Shown here: in pieces, positions 49,701 through 56,173 of the stretch
How positions within the stretch are numbered: position 1 is the first letter of the stretch
Layout of the letters: each line of letters opens with the position of its first letter
Source: a virus
Taxonomy: Duplodnaviria > Caudoviricetes
Strand: one strand, 5' to 3'
DNA: 56,631 nt
IMG/VR virus record: IMGVR_UViG_3300045421_000607
Span: 1-56,631 of that record
Made by a program: the position numbers and the translations under genes
Notes under the pieces: generated by a model
What the model was told of the DNA's origin: nothing
The model's input: the letters and a program-made list of their open reading frames with translations, nothing else
The model's database searches: none

Positions 49701-50107
49701 AAAATTTTTGGAATGCAAATTCTTTAGAGTATGGACCAGAGGCCACTCTTGACAGCGTTTTTGGTAATGTATGGCAGCTTATACAGATTTATATTCCAAA
49801 CACTAGCTTAAATCTATCTAATATATACGCTAAAATTGGCAGGAAAGGCACAGCTTCAAACTGTACTACTTGCGGACATACAACTATCTCGATAGTTGGA
49901 AAGGCTGAAACCTTACCAGTAAATGTAAAAGGTGGATACATGCAATTAATAAGCGGACAAAATAATTTTATCTCTGGTTCAGATTATCGCGAAAGAATAA
50001 ATTCTGTATTTAAAGGCAATATTTATGCTTGGTCTTCTGATCCCGCTTTTGTCAAACAGATTCCAGTATTATTGACCGGCGCAGTAGATTATATTAATTA
50101 TCAATAA
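43718..50107 (+). CDS. Large tail/receptor-binding protein with RCC1-like and BNR/Asp-box beta-propeller repeats
   Basis: HGLALLNNGTITGW-type RCC1 blades; many S-x-D-x-G-x-x-W Asp boxes (SNDTGETW, SEDYGQNW, SYDSGTSW, SQDYGSEW, SKDYGLSW). Confidence 0.75.
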   Translation: MSQITSVKVLEKKLNPSGSVLFDEYIQKFVSNYLFTWGLHNDNTLNIFYGANPPIQLEGVSKVYRGYALGGANDRRKIIANAWDESTPQNAKDLTGLRDIDGEHVHGLALLNNGTITGWTKTGYVNAMGNRQWATENSTLWKQSRHSVTGGKFLTGVKKIGADFQASFALLSGDILTGWGNMGETWINPGYASIGRGPAVYFINKNDNRKKWKAFNFGHNLPFQPASVKWNWYKNGIASYESGNATHVVRTYFQNWSADAQPQLRGLFWPEGLPTASGKFSSYVSSNYELSVLTVSGGDNWITTSGSAQRNNNNPYERVVIGGPKSWVGGFMYVKPSRDTYYNPTLWNLPAISQNPQTSGFGLKTILLENDGDIWVSTDTGFQNWSTKGINKKWLGLAYNAGASVSFRTPISNILVSDNFTYGKYITAFTNSGYLWVSNDTGETWAQKGTLQNWSCAAISAEGRYQIAGANSGYLWKSEDYGQNWTQITNLGIKNWKSVSLFGPSKDWVGKYDTGRNLITNEFAEAAYISAVSEDNLWISYDSGTSWNSKLGGSVFSLNNGTVSGPTKIIGGEDDTLIPDSGLMFVANNLGTDGYYTGPASPEIPFASYPNIYLTGVKDFDVGQNYITILLKTGSDELFQLSGFGNARPVRLNKDGLNNVKKVVSTRDHTFALVKNGDRSIISGWGLEETNLSQFERWIWNSYGGISGWFSGYIHGAKDWTGIKDFDIGYNHGIAIFEDDRASGWGGEQPVEVKGLIGQINNRYKNVNEKEVNFYLDTPSFSGNEISYYTDVADWIFKYDNSLDRWILTESENQNNVAYMARSAGSGGLVGSWDGVGNYNGQELEVKNNSVQTIYPVEAGETYISNVTDVDWIDVPNKNQIFSWNRAIVYTGKKINQIQIYNFPSGFGYGQENEFSYLGGGQEEILDSSTYGSVWTTGFILNNQNSLLGPSISISKDGRYQTMVSDKIYVSQNSGQSWVAALDQTGWKDIALSKNGQTQLAIQNRTYPKNCDQIWISNNYGVTWNDPGTSLPDIAGAMAWRETEVGGRMNSILPVQTDSSAPLSDLLVFSSGNIKYIYSLQDNLFQNGLDLFDIPEGENWIGGAVSSESDSFFKYLTFIRDNKPILVSSNVGSTFTEKLASGKWLDVAMSKNGKYQIVTSSGQGVWMSQDYGSEWYALPFFTNAVYPKVKMSEDGRYQTVLRHNFGIHTSKDYGLSWQIQSNQNNWKDLDVSSIGTMQVATAISGVTLTAPNTSFYSRSLTSKKIEARTKLYPTIDYPLTVYRESSGVSASNPILKNGSTEVFLYQRNSKDARWALSLKYSCCGSTTVREKEITTRRKSINEIGYALPPSGEWGTFSIESSGSFFKDLNVSGLRLDFNTANLIDLIDERVGYMNDLRYNINYSKILPNYSNDSQISYWPDNVIKHSKFGSNILVQDAESSTWKFNADDLKLSNPHMTGFVARFSADPGVNWDQQIICNGYPVSVNLQGILNDEPLRTIDYQTSGSFDGAKWYILLKVVGQGTGTPLYNVSSGSKFVWKAPYIYDKASNTKLPMSGEIYWGPAVASGLSVWQPCPHGRVFSQAGGVCYQYQIRISHPLMYSGGFTLPGNPRNIWPLLSTTGIYSGSYLWNGREDESSGLAPSLSLQRGKEYRFIQKGPINSENKLKIYPTSGIHVFEHDASNALDYHCIRVIIDSDTISDTSIRWSKGDGTYLSNFTGQFPSTRGSNFIGTFYQKDITGLVVNESNPNFREYVYNDVTGNWVASGQSKITGTIIYDNKVHPAEFWRFADGSTFNTWESNFINGQKALNSYAFIRSGGQQIPFYGIMQQTSRDINFEARNPSGNQNNTKNIWGGRFGIIGKNEFTSASNHFVEMPPGYIVPFDIHVCTDYNTPNDTSLWDKLLAPLPVRSGIFQFSGIETSGHFFKNKFDYFSARKEIILSADAISNIIFVPPTQARLQANELIFWTGQTSNGPWQEVTGRVEGFNGKAASIWGGTQNFWNANSLEYGPEATLDSVFGNVWQLIQIYIPNTSLNLSNIYAKIGRKGTASNCTTCGHTTISIVGKAETLPVNVKGGYMQLISGQNNFISGSDYRERINSVFKGNIYAWSSDPAFVKQIPVLLTGAVDYINYQ

Positions 50108-50595
50108 CAAGGCTGGCAGTTTTCATTCCAAGGATATCTTGTAGCGAAAATTGAATTATTTAAATAATCGTGGTAACATGCAATCTGATATTGATAACAA
50201 GAATCCTCACGCATTGCACTACCAAAGCAAGAAGTACCGCCGGTTGGGCAGCTGCAACTCATGCTAAGTATTGCTCCGCTTTGGTTATTTGTTATGCTTG
50301 CGCCGTAAAATCGAAAATCTCGCGTCCCAGGGTTAATAGAAAAACTAGCACCCGCTGTTTGGTATTTTAAAAGTATAAAGTATCTGCCCCCATCCTGTGA
50401 ACGATAAGGAGTACGATCAGAAGCTTCTCCGCAATGATTATTAGAGAGGCTTGTACCCGCGCTACTTGCGCAAGTAGTTGATCCACCACATCCACTGTCT
50501 CCTCTAAATCTAGCATGTTTAGCATGCATAGGACGATTTCCACTAGTCCATGACTCACTAAAGCGATAAGTACAGTTTCCAGGCAAAAAAGCCAT
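50101..50595 (-). CDS. Cys-rich stand-alone homolog of an internal domain of the 2129-aa protein
   Basis: HARFRGDSG/VARFSADPG, DGGRYFILLK/DGAKWYILLK, CYQYQI/CYQYQI. Confidence 0.7.
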   Translation of the reverse strand: MAFLPGNCTYRFSESWTSGNRPMHAKHARFRGDSGCGGSTTCASSAGTSLSNNHCGEASDRTPYRSQDGGRYFILLKYQTAGASFSINPGTRDFRFYGASITNNQSGAILSMSCSCPTGGTSCFGSAMREDSCYQYQIACYHDYLNNSIFATRYPWNENCQPCY

Positions 50596-50600
50596 AAGAT

Positions 50601-50801
50601 TTATGCTTGTGGGATTTCGTTATTGTATCTATAACAATGAATATATTCTTTAATATTATTATTTTCGTCTATGCAATGCTTCTGAATCCTTCCAAAAGCA
50701 GTATTGCAGACAAATTTGAGGTCTGGATTAGAATCAAATTCATCGGCTACACTGCATTCTTCTTTTTCTAATTCAAAATTAATCTCATTACAGTAGATCA
50801 T
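50601..50801 (-). CDS. Small Cys-containing acidic protein
   Basis: 66 aa; GTGTAA motif 11 nt upstream; co-oriented with 50101-50595. Confidence 0.6.
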   Translation of the reverse strand: MIYCNEINFELEKEECSVADEFDSNPDLKFVCNTAFGRIQKHCIDENNNIKEYIHCYRYNNEIPQA

Positions 50802-50867
50802 ATATATATATATTACACAAATTCTTAGGTATTTTCTACTTATTTTTTCGTGTAACTTCCAATACCT

Positions 50868-51587
50868 ATGCGTTTCACAAAAATCTTTGTTAAGAATAAT
50901 TTTGAGGATTTGAAGGAATCAACCGCTTGGGGCCCTCGACCCGGGGGGTGGGAATGCATTGGTTGCGGGTGCATTTGGGGTTGTCCAAGTCCATCGCCTA
51001 GTCCAAGTCCATCGCCAAGTCCAAGTCCATCGCCAAGTCCATCGCCTAGTCCAAGTCCATCGCCAAGTCCATCGCCAAGTCCAAGTCCAAGTCCATCGCC
51101 TAGTCCAAGTCCAAGTCCATCGCCAAGTCCAAGTCCATCGCCTAGTCCAAGTCCAAGTCCATCGCCAAGTCCTAGTCCAAGTGGTACACCTTGTGATGGA
51201 CTACCAGAACCACAGCCAGATTGGGAGTGTGATAAGGAGGAGGGAGATAAAGCTGATTGCCTTCTCGAACTCTTCGAGGCAAGTTTGGTCTGTGAAAATT
51301 TAGAAGCAAAAGCAGATGCAAACAATGCAGATCCTAATTGTCCAGACCAAGGAACCGTAGAAGATTTTCCATACGATTGTGACTATTGCGAACCTGGAGT
51401 TGCATCACCAGGATTAGACTGTAGTTACTCGATAGTTAACGGTGTGGTGGTCACGGCGAGATGGGTGTGGAAACCGCCTTATGCACCTAGGACTTTTGGG
51501 GTAGAGGAAATTCCAAATTGCGTTTGGATACCTGCTTCTGATGGAACACATGCTGGCGATTGCTGTAGCGGAACAGGAGTAGTTTAA
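50868..51587 (+). CDS. Cys-rich acidic protein with a (Pro-Ser)33 linker, copy 1
   Basis: PS run at 50985-51182; GTGTAA motif 12 nt upstream. Confidence 0.8.
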   Translation: MRFTKIFVKNNFEDLKESTAWGPRPGGWECIGCGCIWGCPSPSPSPSPSPSPSPSPSPSPSPSPSPSPSPSPSPSPSPSPSPSPSPSPSPSPSPSPSPSPSPSPSGTPCDGLPEPQPDWECDKEEGDKADCLLELFEASLVCENLEAKADANNADPNCPDQGTVEDFPYDCDYCEPGVASPGLDCSYSIVNGVVVTARWVWKPPYAPRTFGVEEIPNCVWIPASDGTHAGDCCSGTGVV

Positions 51588-51627
51588 TTCTCTGATAGAT
51601 ACTTTTTTCGTGTAATTTCCAATACCT

Positions 51628-52386
51628 ATGCGTTTCACAAAAATCTTTGTTAAGAATAATTTTGAGGATTTGAAGGAATCAACCGCTTGGGGCCCTCGAC
51701 CCGGGGGGTGGGAATGCATTGGTTGCGGGTGCATTTGGGGTTGTCCAAGTCCATCGCCTAGTCCAAGTCCATCGCCAAGTCCATCGCCAAGTCCATCGCC
51801 AAGTCCAAGTCCATCGCCAAGTCCATCGCCAAGTCCATCGCCAAGTCCATCGCCAAGTCCAAGTCCAAGTCCATCGCCTAGTCCAAGTCCAAGTCCAAGT
51901 CCATCGCCAAGTCCAAGTCCATCGCCTAGTCCAAGTCCAAGTCCATCGCCTGGTCCTGGTCCTGGTCCTGGTCCAAGTGGTACACCTTGTGATGGACTAC
52001 CAGAACCACAGCCAGATTGGGAGTGTGATAAGGAGGAGGGAGTTAAAGCTGATTGCCAGGAAGAGTACGATAAGGCAATGGCAGTCTGTCAAGAGTTACA
52101 AGCAAAAGCAGATGCAAACAGTGCAGATCCTAATTGTCCAGACCAAGGAAGTGTATCAGATCAATATCCATACGATTGTATCTATTGCGTAGATGGAACT
52201 GCATCACCAGGATTAGACTGTAGTTACTCGATAGTTAACGGTGTGGTGGTCACGGCGAGCTGGGTGTGGAAACCGCCTCATGCAACTAGGACTTTTGAGG
52301 TACAGGAAATTCCAAATTGCGTTTGGGTACCTGCTCCTGATGGAACACATGCTGGCGATTGCTGTAGCGGAACAGGAGTAGTTTAA
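51628..52386 (+). CDS. Cys-rich acidic protein with a (Pro-Ser)34(Pro-Gly)4 linker, copy 2
   Basis: PS run at 51745-51948, PG run at 51949-51972; GTGTAA motif 12 nt upstream. Confidence 0.8.
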   Translation: MRFTKIFVKNNFEDLKESTAWGPRPGGWECIGCGCIWGCPSPSPSPSPSPSPSPSPSPSPSPSPSPSPSPSPSPSPSPSPSPSPSPSPSPSPSPSPSPSPSPSPSPSPGPGPGPGPSGTPCDGLPEPQPDWECDKEEGVKADCQEEYDKAMAVCQELQAKADANSADPNCPDQGSVSDQYPYDCIYCVDGTASPGLDCSYSIVNGVVVTASWVWKPPHATRTFEVQEIPNCVWVPAPDGTHAGDCCSGTGVV

Positions 52387-52393
52387 TTTTTTT

Positions 52394-52422
52394 TTGATAC
52401 ATACAATATATTATTATATAAT
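52394..52422 (+). promoter_or_regulatory. sigma70-type promoter TTGATA-17-TATAAT, ATG 9 nt downstream
   Basis: Read directly upstream of ATG 52432. Confidence 0.7.
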
Positions 52423-52431
52423 ATAATATAT

Positions 52432-52851
52432 ATGAATATAGATAAAAACATAGCAAGAGCAATAGTTGAATTAGATACATTTTTTGATATAATTAAATTA
52501 AAATATCCAGAGACGCAAGAGGATATGTCTTCCTGGAAGACCGATTACAGTTGTAGTTGTGGAGCTAGATTTATTAATTTTTTAAATAAAAAATTTAAAG
52601 ATGAACAAGAAAAATCTTTTATCAATTTAATCATAAAGAATGATGAAGTAATTAAGAAGGCAGAAGAGATTAGAAGCAAGGAAGAAGAAGAGTATAAGAG
52701 CAGATTATTTCACGGTAAAGTTATAAAAATGGATAAATCCCCCCAATCTTGGGAAGAATTATCTGAAACTTTATTAAAGAAAAACGCCATTTATAGGGCT
52801 TTCTCCATTATAGATAATGGAGATTCTACAATCGAAGTTAGATTTCTTTAA
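52432..52851 (+). CDS. Hypothetical CxC protein, paralog of 41176-41637
   Basis: KYPE...SCSC..RFINFL...GK...W...FSI. Confidence 0.75.
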   Translation: MNIDKNIARAIVELDTFFDIIKLKYPETQEDMSSWKTDYSCSCGARFINFLNKKFKDEQEKSFINLIIKNDEVIKKAEEIRSKEEEEYKSRLFHGKVIKMDKSPQSWEELSETLLKKNAIYRAFSIIDNGDSTIEVRFL

Positions 52852-53790
52852 TTATTTAAATAAATAATCTAGGAACGAGAATAAAGAGACAATCATAAGC
52901 GGCCCGAAGTTATTAAGCCTTAGGAACAATAAAATTCCTAAATGAAAAGATGCTAGAATTAATATATAAATTAATCTTGTATCTTTTAACCATAAAAATA
53001 ATGGAGCACAGAATTGTATTAACATAATAGCATAATTGATAATTTTAGCAAATTTACTATTGAAAAATGTATAGACAGATTCTCTTAAAAATTCAGATTT
53101 AATATTTCTTAAATTATTCCCCCAGCCAGGATTTAGCGCTGCATATTTCAAGCCCTCTCCATGTTGCCAGAGCGAATCTTTTGATTTTGCTACCCCTGCA
53201 TTAAAATATATCCAAGATAAGTATACTTGAAAAAACCTAATTGACCAACCGTTACTATGATTTTCCGGTTGAGCAGCATTTAGGAAATAATCTATAGAAA
53301 ATTTTGTACCACAATCAGTGAATATTAAACATAGAAGCAATAATTTTATTACCTGATCTCCAGCCGTGCTCCAAACGGTGATTGCTCGATTTTGTATAGA
53401 AGCATAGGTTATAAAAAGACCCAACATAGAAAATTTAGTAAATATTCCCAATACAGAAGCTACGGCAAATACATAGAATAAATAATAAATTATATAAATA
53501 AAAACTTTAGATTTTCCTAATTGTGGTATTGAAAATAGCGAATAGGGAACATATAATCCTTCTTTATAATTTTTTATATAATTTTTAAATGGATATAAAC
53601 CTTCTGGAGTTAGATGCGATAGTATATCTTTTCTTAGATAAATACAATCAACTAAAATAAAAGAAGTTACCAATATCCTAAAATAACTTAAAAATGTTGT
53701 GCTTACTGCATAATCGAAGAAGAAAGAATCTATAGATTTTAAGAATTCAAATAGACTCACGGTTAAGACTCCCATCGAGATTCGTAACAA
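52852..53790 (-). CDS. HTTM-domain membrane protein (SdpB / vitamin-K-dependent carboxylase-like); start may be GTG 53760
   Basis: Multiple TM helices; GDQV, FSID, YFNAGVAK...W..G, FHLGI...FG..M. Confidence 0.8.
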   Translation of the reverse strand: MLRISMGVLTVSLFEFLKSIDSFFFDYAVSTTFLSYFRILVTSFILVDCIYLRKDILSHLTPEGLYPFKNYIKNYKEGLYVPYSLFSIPQLGKSKVFIYIIYYLFYVFAVASVLGIFTKFSMLGLFITYASIQNRAITVWSTAGDQVIKLLLLCLIFTDCGTKFSIDYFLNAAQPENHSNGWSIRFFQVYLSWIYFNAGVAKSKDSLWQHGEGLKYAALNPGWGNNLRNIKSEFLRESVYTFFNSKFAKIINYAIMLIQFCAPLFLWLKDTRLIYILILASFHLGILLFLRLNNFGPLMIVSLFSFLDYLFK

Positions 53791-54284
53791 AGTTTTGGAG
53801 GAGCACTTGGTTTGGGTCTTTTCTGGTAACCAAGAAGATAGTTTTTATTATGATTAATATTATATCTAATTATATATACTTTAAATGATATTAATGGGTC
53901 CTTTAATACGTCAAATGCATAATTCAATAATTTTTCTTCTGCCATCTCGTGAAAATATAGAAATGATCCATAGAAAGTAACAACGTTTTTTCTGACGGTC
54001 TTATTATGGATCTTTATGTCACCAATAGATTCTGCTGTTGATAGCAACCAATTTAATCTTTTTCCACTTTTTAATTTTATTATAAATTCATATTCTGAAG
54101 TCTCTTCTGACATGCCTGTAAAAATACCCCAATTACTAATAAAGTTTAATCTTCTAAATAACAGTCCTAGCCTTGGGAATTTGCTAATAAAAATTCTGAA
54201 TGGAGAAGCTACTACACAGGCGTAAAATACAGCTACAAAAAGATAACCATATACAAATATTCTAGAAATAATTTCTTCTATCAT
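53763..54284 (-). CDS. SdpA/DUF5819-like partner of the HTTM protein
   Basis: N-terminal TM helix followed by NWGIFT (cf. Q-x-W-x-x-F-A-P); immediately upstream of the HTTM gene. Confidence 0.55.
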   Translation of the reverse strand: MIEEIISRIFVYGYLFVAVFYACVVASPFRIFISKFPRLGLLFRRLNFISNWGIFTGMSEETSEYEFIIKLKSGKRLNWLLSTAESIGDIKIHNKTVRKNVVTFYGSFLYFHEMAEEKLLNYAFDVLKDPLISFKVYIIRYNINHNKNYLLGYQKRPKPSAPPKLCYESRWES

Positions 54285-54327
54285 ATCTAAATGATAGATA
54301 TTTTTTAAATTAAATCTAATATTAATT

Positions 54328-54718
54328 TGGACCTGCTCGGAGTTGAACCGAGGTCTTCTAATAATAGAAAAATAATATACTACAAGTTTAGTTGTTTTTG
54401 TTTTTTAGCTTTATATAGAGAAACAACAAACATATTTAGCGATTTTATTTTGAATACAAAACATTAATAGAATAAAAAAACTATTAATATAAAGACATCT
54501 AAATACGCAATATTCCAGTAGATGTGTCGTAGATATCACGCCGTAGGATTTTAGGCTACAGAAGTGGTCTCTTCTACGAGAGAAACTCTTGTAGAAAGAT
54601 GACCTTTGTATTTAGCTGTTTTGGCAGTTAATACTTTTAAGACTTTTTAAAGAGGCCCGTCTAAACCTCTACTTGCATATTAGTTTTTATCATTAAAATC
54701 GAAACCAAATTCAGGCCC
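54328..54718 (-). ncRNA. ssrA: tmRNA
   Basis: 5' GGGCCTG pairs with 3' CAGGTCC-A, including G3:U70; GGTTTCGA D-loop-like segment; T-arm CTCGG-TTCAACT-CCGAG; tag ORF 54625-54551 after TAACT; CCA not encoded. Confidence 0.93.
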
Positions 54719-54739
54719 AACATTAGAAAGAACTTATAT

Positions 54740-54768
54740 ATTATATAGTATATTTTGAAAATTATCAA
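54740..54768 (-). promoter_or_regulatory. sigma70-type promoter TTGATA-17-TATAAT for the tmRNA
   Basis: The -10 lies 21 nt upstream of the mature 5' end. Confidence 0.75.
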
Positions 54769-54791
54769 TATATTATATATAATATATATAA

Positions 54792-54956
54792 ATGCCAAGA
54801 ACAAAAAAACAAAAGTATTATGCTGTTTATTCAAAAAATGATAACTTTTTGCACGGAGCATTTCCTATGTCGAAAGATGGATATAATATGGCCAAGAAAT
54901 ATATAATTAAGATTGCGGCTAATAACCGAGAAAACTTTTATATTAAAAAGAAATAG
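54792..54956 (+). CDS. Small basic protein (54 aa), not in the ORF track
   Basis: MPRTKKQKYYAVYSKNDNFLHGAFP...FYIKKK* translated by hand. Confidence 0.65.
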   Translation: MPRTKKQKYYAVYSKNDNFLHGAFPMSKDGYNMAKKYIIKIAANNRENFYIKKK

Positions 54957-54993
54957 GCGTATTCTATATATTCCGGTGTAATAATATATTTAT

Positions 54994-55575
54994 ATGAAGA
55001 GACATATTTTGGAATTAGATTTTCAAACTTTTTCTGCAGAAGAAAAAAAGAAAAAAGCTCTCAATAAACCCTTTAGATTGCCAAAAGGAAGTAATAAAAA
55101 ATTTGGAGTATATGTTAAAAACGATAAAGGAAACGTTGTTGTAGTTAAATTTGGAGATCCAAATATGGAAATCAAAAGGGATAACCCAGAAAGAAGAAAA
55201 GCTTACAGAGCAAGGCATAATTGCTCAAATCCTGGGCCCAAGTGGAAAGCAAACTATTGGAGCTGTAAAATGTGGAGCGCGAAACCAGTGAGTAAAGTTA
55301 CTAAATCTTCAGAAATATTAACAGAAGATTTTGTTTTAGATATAGAACTTCAGGGAAAAAATAAAGGACTTTGGCATAATATTAGAGAAAAGAAAAAAAG
55401 AATGGGTAAAAATTACAAACCAGCAAAACCAGGCTCGCCTGATCGTCCCAAAAAAGACGCTTGGGAAAAAGCCCAAGGCGAATACGAGTGGGACGGCGAA
55501 GAAGAATTTAATCAAGAAGATCTTTTAAAATTAGATCCTACATTGGCTAACGCAGAGATTATTGAAGAAAATTAA
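54994..55575 (+). CDS. Conserved phage basic protein (V.FGD...R..YRARHNC...YWSC..W motif)
   Basis: Motif-rich ORF; GTGTAA motif 12 nt upstream. Confidence 0.65.
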   Translation: MKRHILELDFQTFSAEEKKKKALNKPFRLPKGSNKKFGVYVKNDKGNVVVVKFGDPNMEIKRDNPERRKAYRARHNCSNPGPKWKANYWSCKMWSAKPVSKVTKSSEILTEDFVLDIELQGKNKGLWHNIREKKKRMGKNYKPAKPGSPDRPKKDAWEKAQGEYEWDGEEEFNQEDLLKLDPTLANAEIIEEN

Positions 55576-55597
55576 TTAGATTTGTGTAAATTACTGT

Positions 55598-56128
55598 ATG
55601 CTTGGCATCGGTGATTTAGAGTACTTATCTTATAGAACTGGCTTAAGCGAAGAAAAGGTCATCTTACTATCTGAGTCTCAAGAAGATTTAGATTTAATTA
55701 TAAATGAATTAGCAAAAGAAGAAATAGAAGATGGTCTTCTACATATTAGTTTTGAACTTTTTACTAAGTTATATGTTTATAGAATAAGCTCGGAATTAGA
55801 TTTTAAACTAAAAGAAAAAAGCTATGTTAGTTCTACTATTAGTTCTATATATCCTAAACTAGAAAGACATAAAATAGAAAATGTTACAATACAAGAAGAT
55901 TGGGAAAGCTTATGGAAACCAGACGAAGAGATTGCAAAATATTACTTTGTTTTACTAAGCATGTTTAAAGATAGCCTTGAAAGACGCAGAAGATCTTATC
56001 CAAATTTAAATATGTTTTATTTAAAAGCTGTCGAAGGCTTTGAGAATTCAAATAAGAAAGAACTAGCGGCGCATTTAAAAGTTTGGATTAACTTAATGAG
56101 AAGAATGAAAGAAGAATATTGGGTTTGA
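55598..56128 (+). CDS. Hypothetical helical protein
   Basis: 176-aa ORF; GTGTAA motif 8 nt upstream. Confidence 0.65.
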   Translation: MLGIGDLEYLSYRTGLSEEKVILLSESQEDLDLIINELAKEEIEDGLLHISFELFTKLYVYRISSELDFKLKEKSYVSSTISSIYPKLERHKIENVTIQEDWESLWKPDEEIAKYYFVLLSMFKDSLERRRRSYPNLNMFYLKAVEGFENSNKKELAAHLKVWINLMRRMKEEYWV

Positions 56129-56173
56129 AATATATATTGAACATTTTTAATTTAGTGTAATCTATACTAAATA

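Larger units (their letters stand above)
50843..52388 (+). repeat. Tandem gene duplication (period ~760 nt) that includes the promoter
   Basis: ttttttcgtgtaa..tccaatacctatgcgtttc...ggagtagtttaatt occurs twice. Confidence 0.95.

Noticed and set aside
50840-52192. Antisense (GDGLGL) and frame-shifted (VQVHR) ORFs over the PS repeats; also considered as a CRISPR array
   Set aside because: These are shadows of the hexamer repeat. There are no unique spacers, and the GTGTAA motif plus conserved Cys support the PS frame.
50868-52386. Diversity-generating retroelement TR/VR pair
   Set aside because: Differences between the copies are not restricted to adenines, both copies are full genes with promoters, and no reverse transcriptase is in the window.
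54328-54360. Stand-alone tRNA
   Set aside because: The T-arm and acceptor pair with a 5' end ~390 nt away, with a tag ORF between them, so this is tmRNA.
54661-54861. 66-aa minus-strand ORF
   Set aside because: It overlaps the tmRNA 5' end and promoter and a better plus-strand ORF; the sequence is low-complexity and AT-rich.
1982-55218. Many short opposite-strand or off-frame ORFs in the track (e.g. 7370-7720, 13707-13895, 27445-27696, 46774-47118)
   Set aside because: They are nested inside well-supported genes, have no motifs, and read as shadow ORFs.
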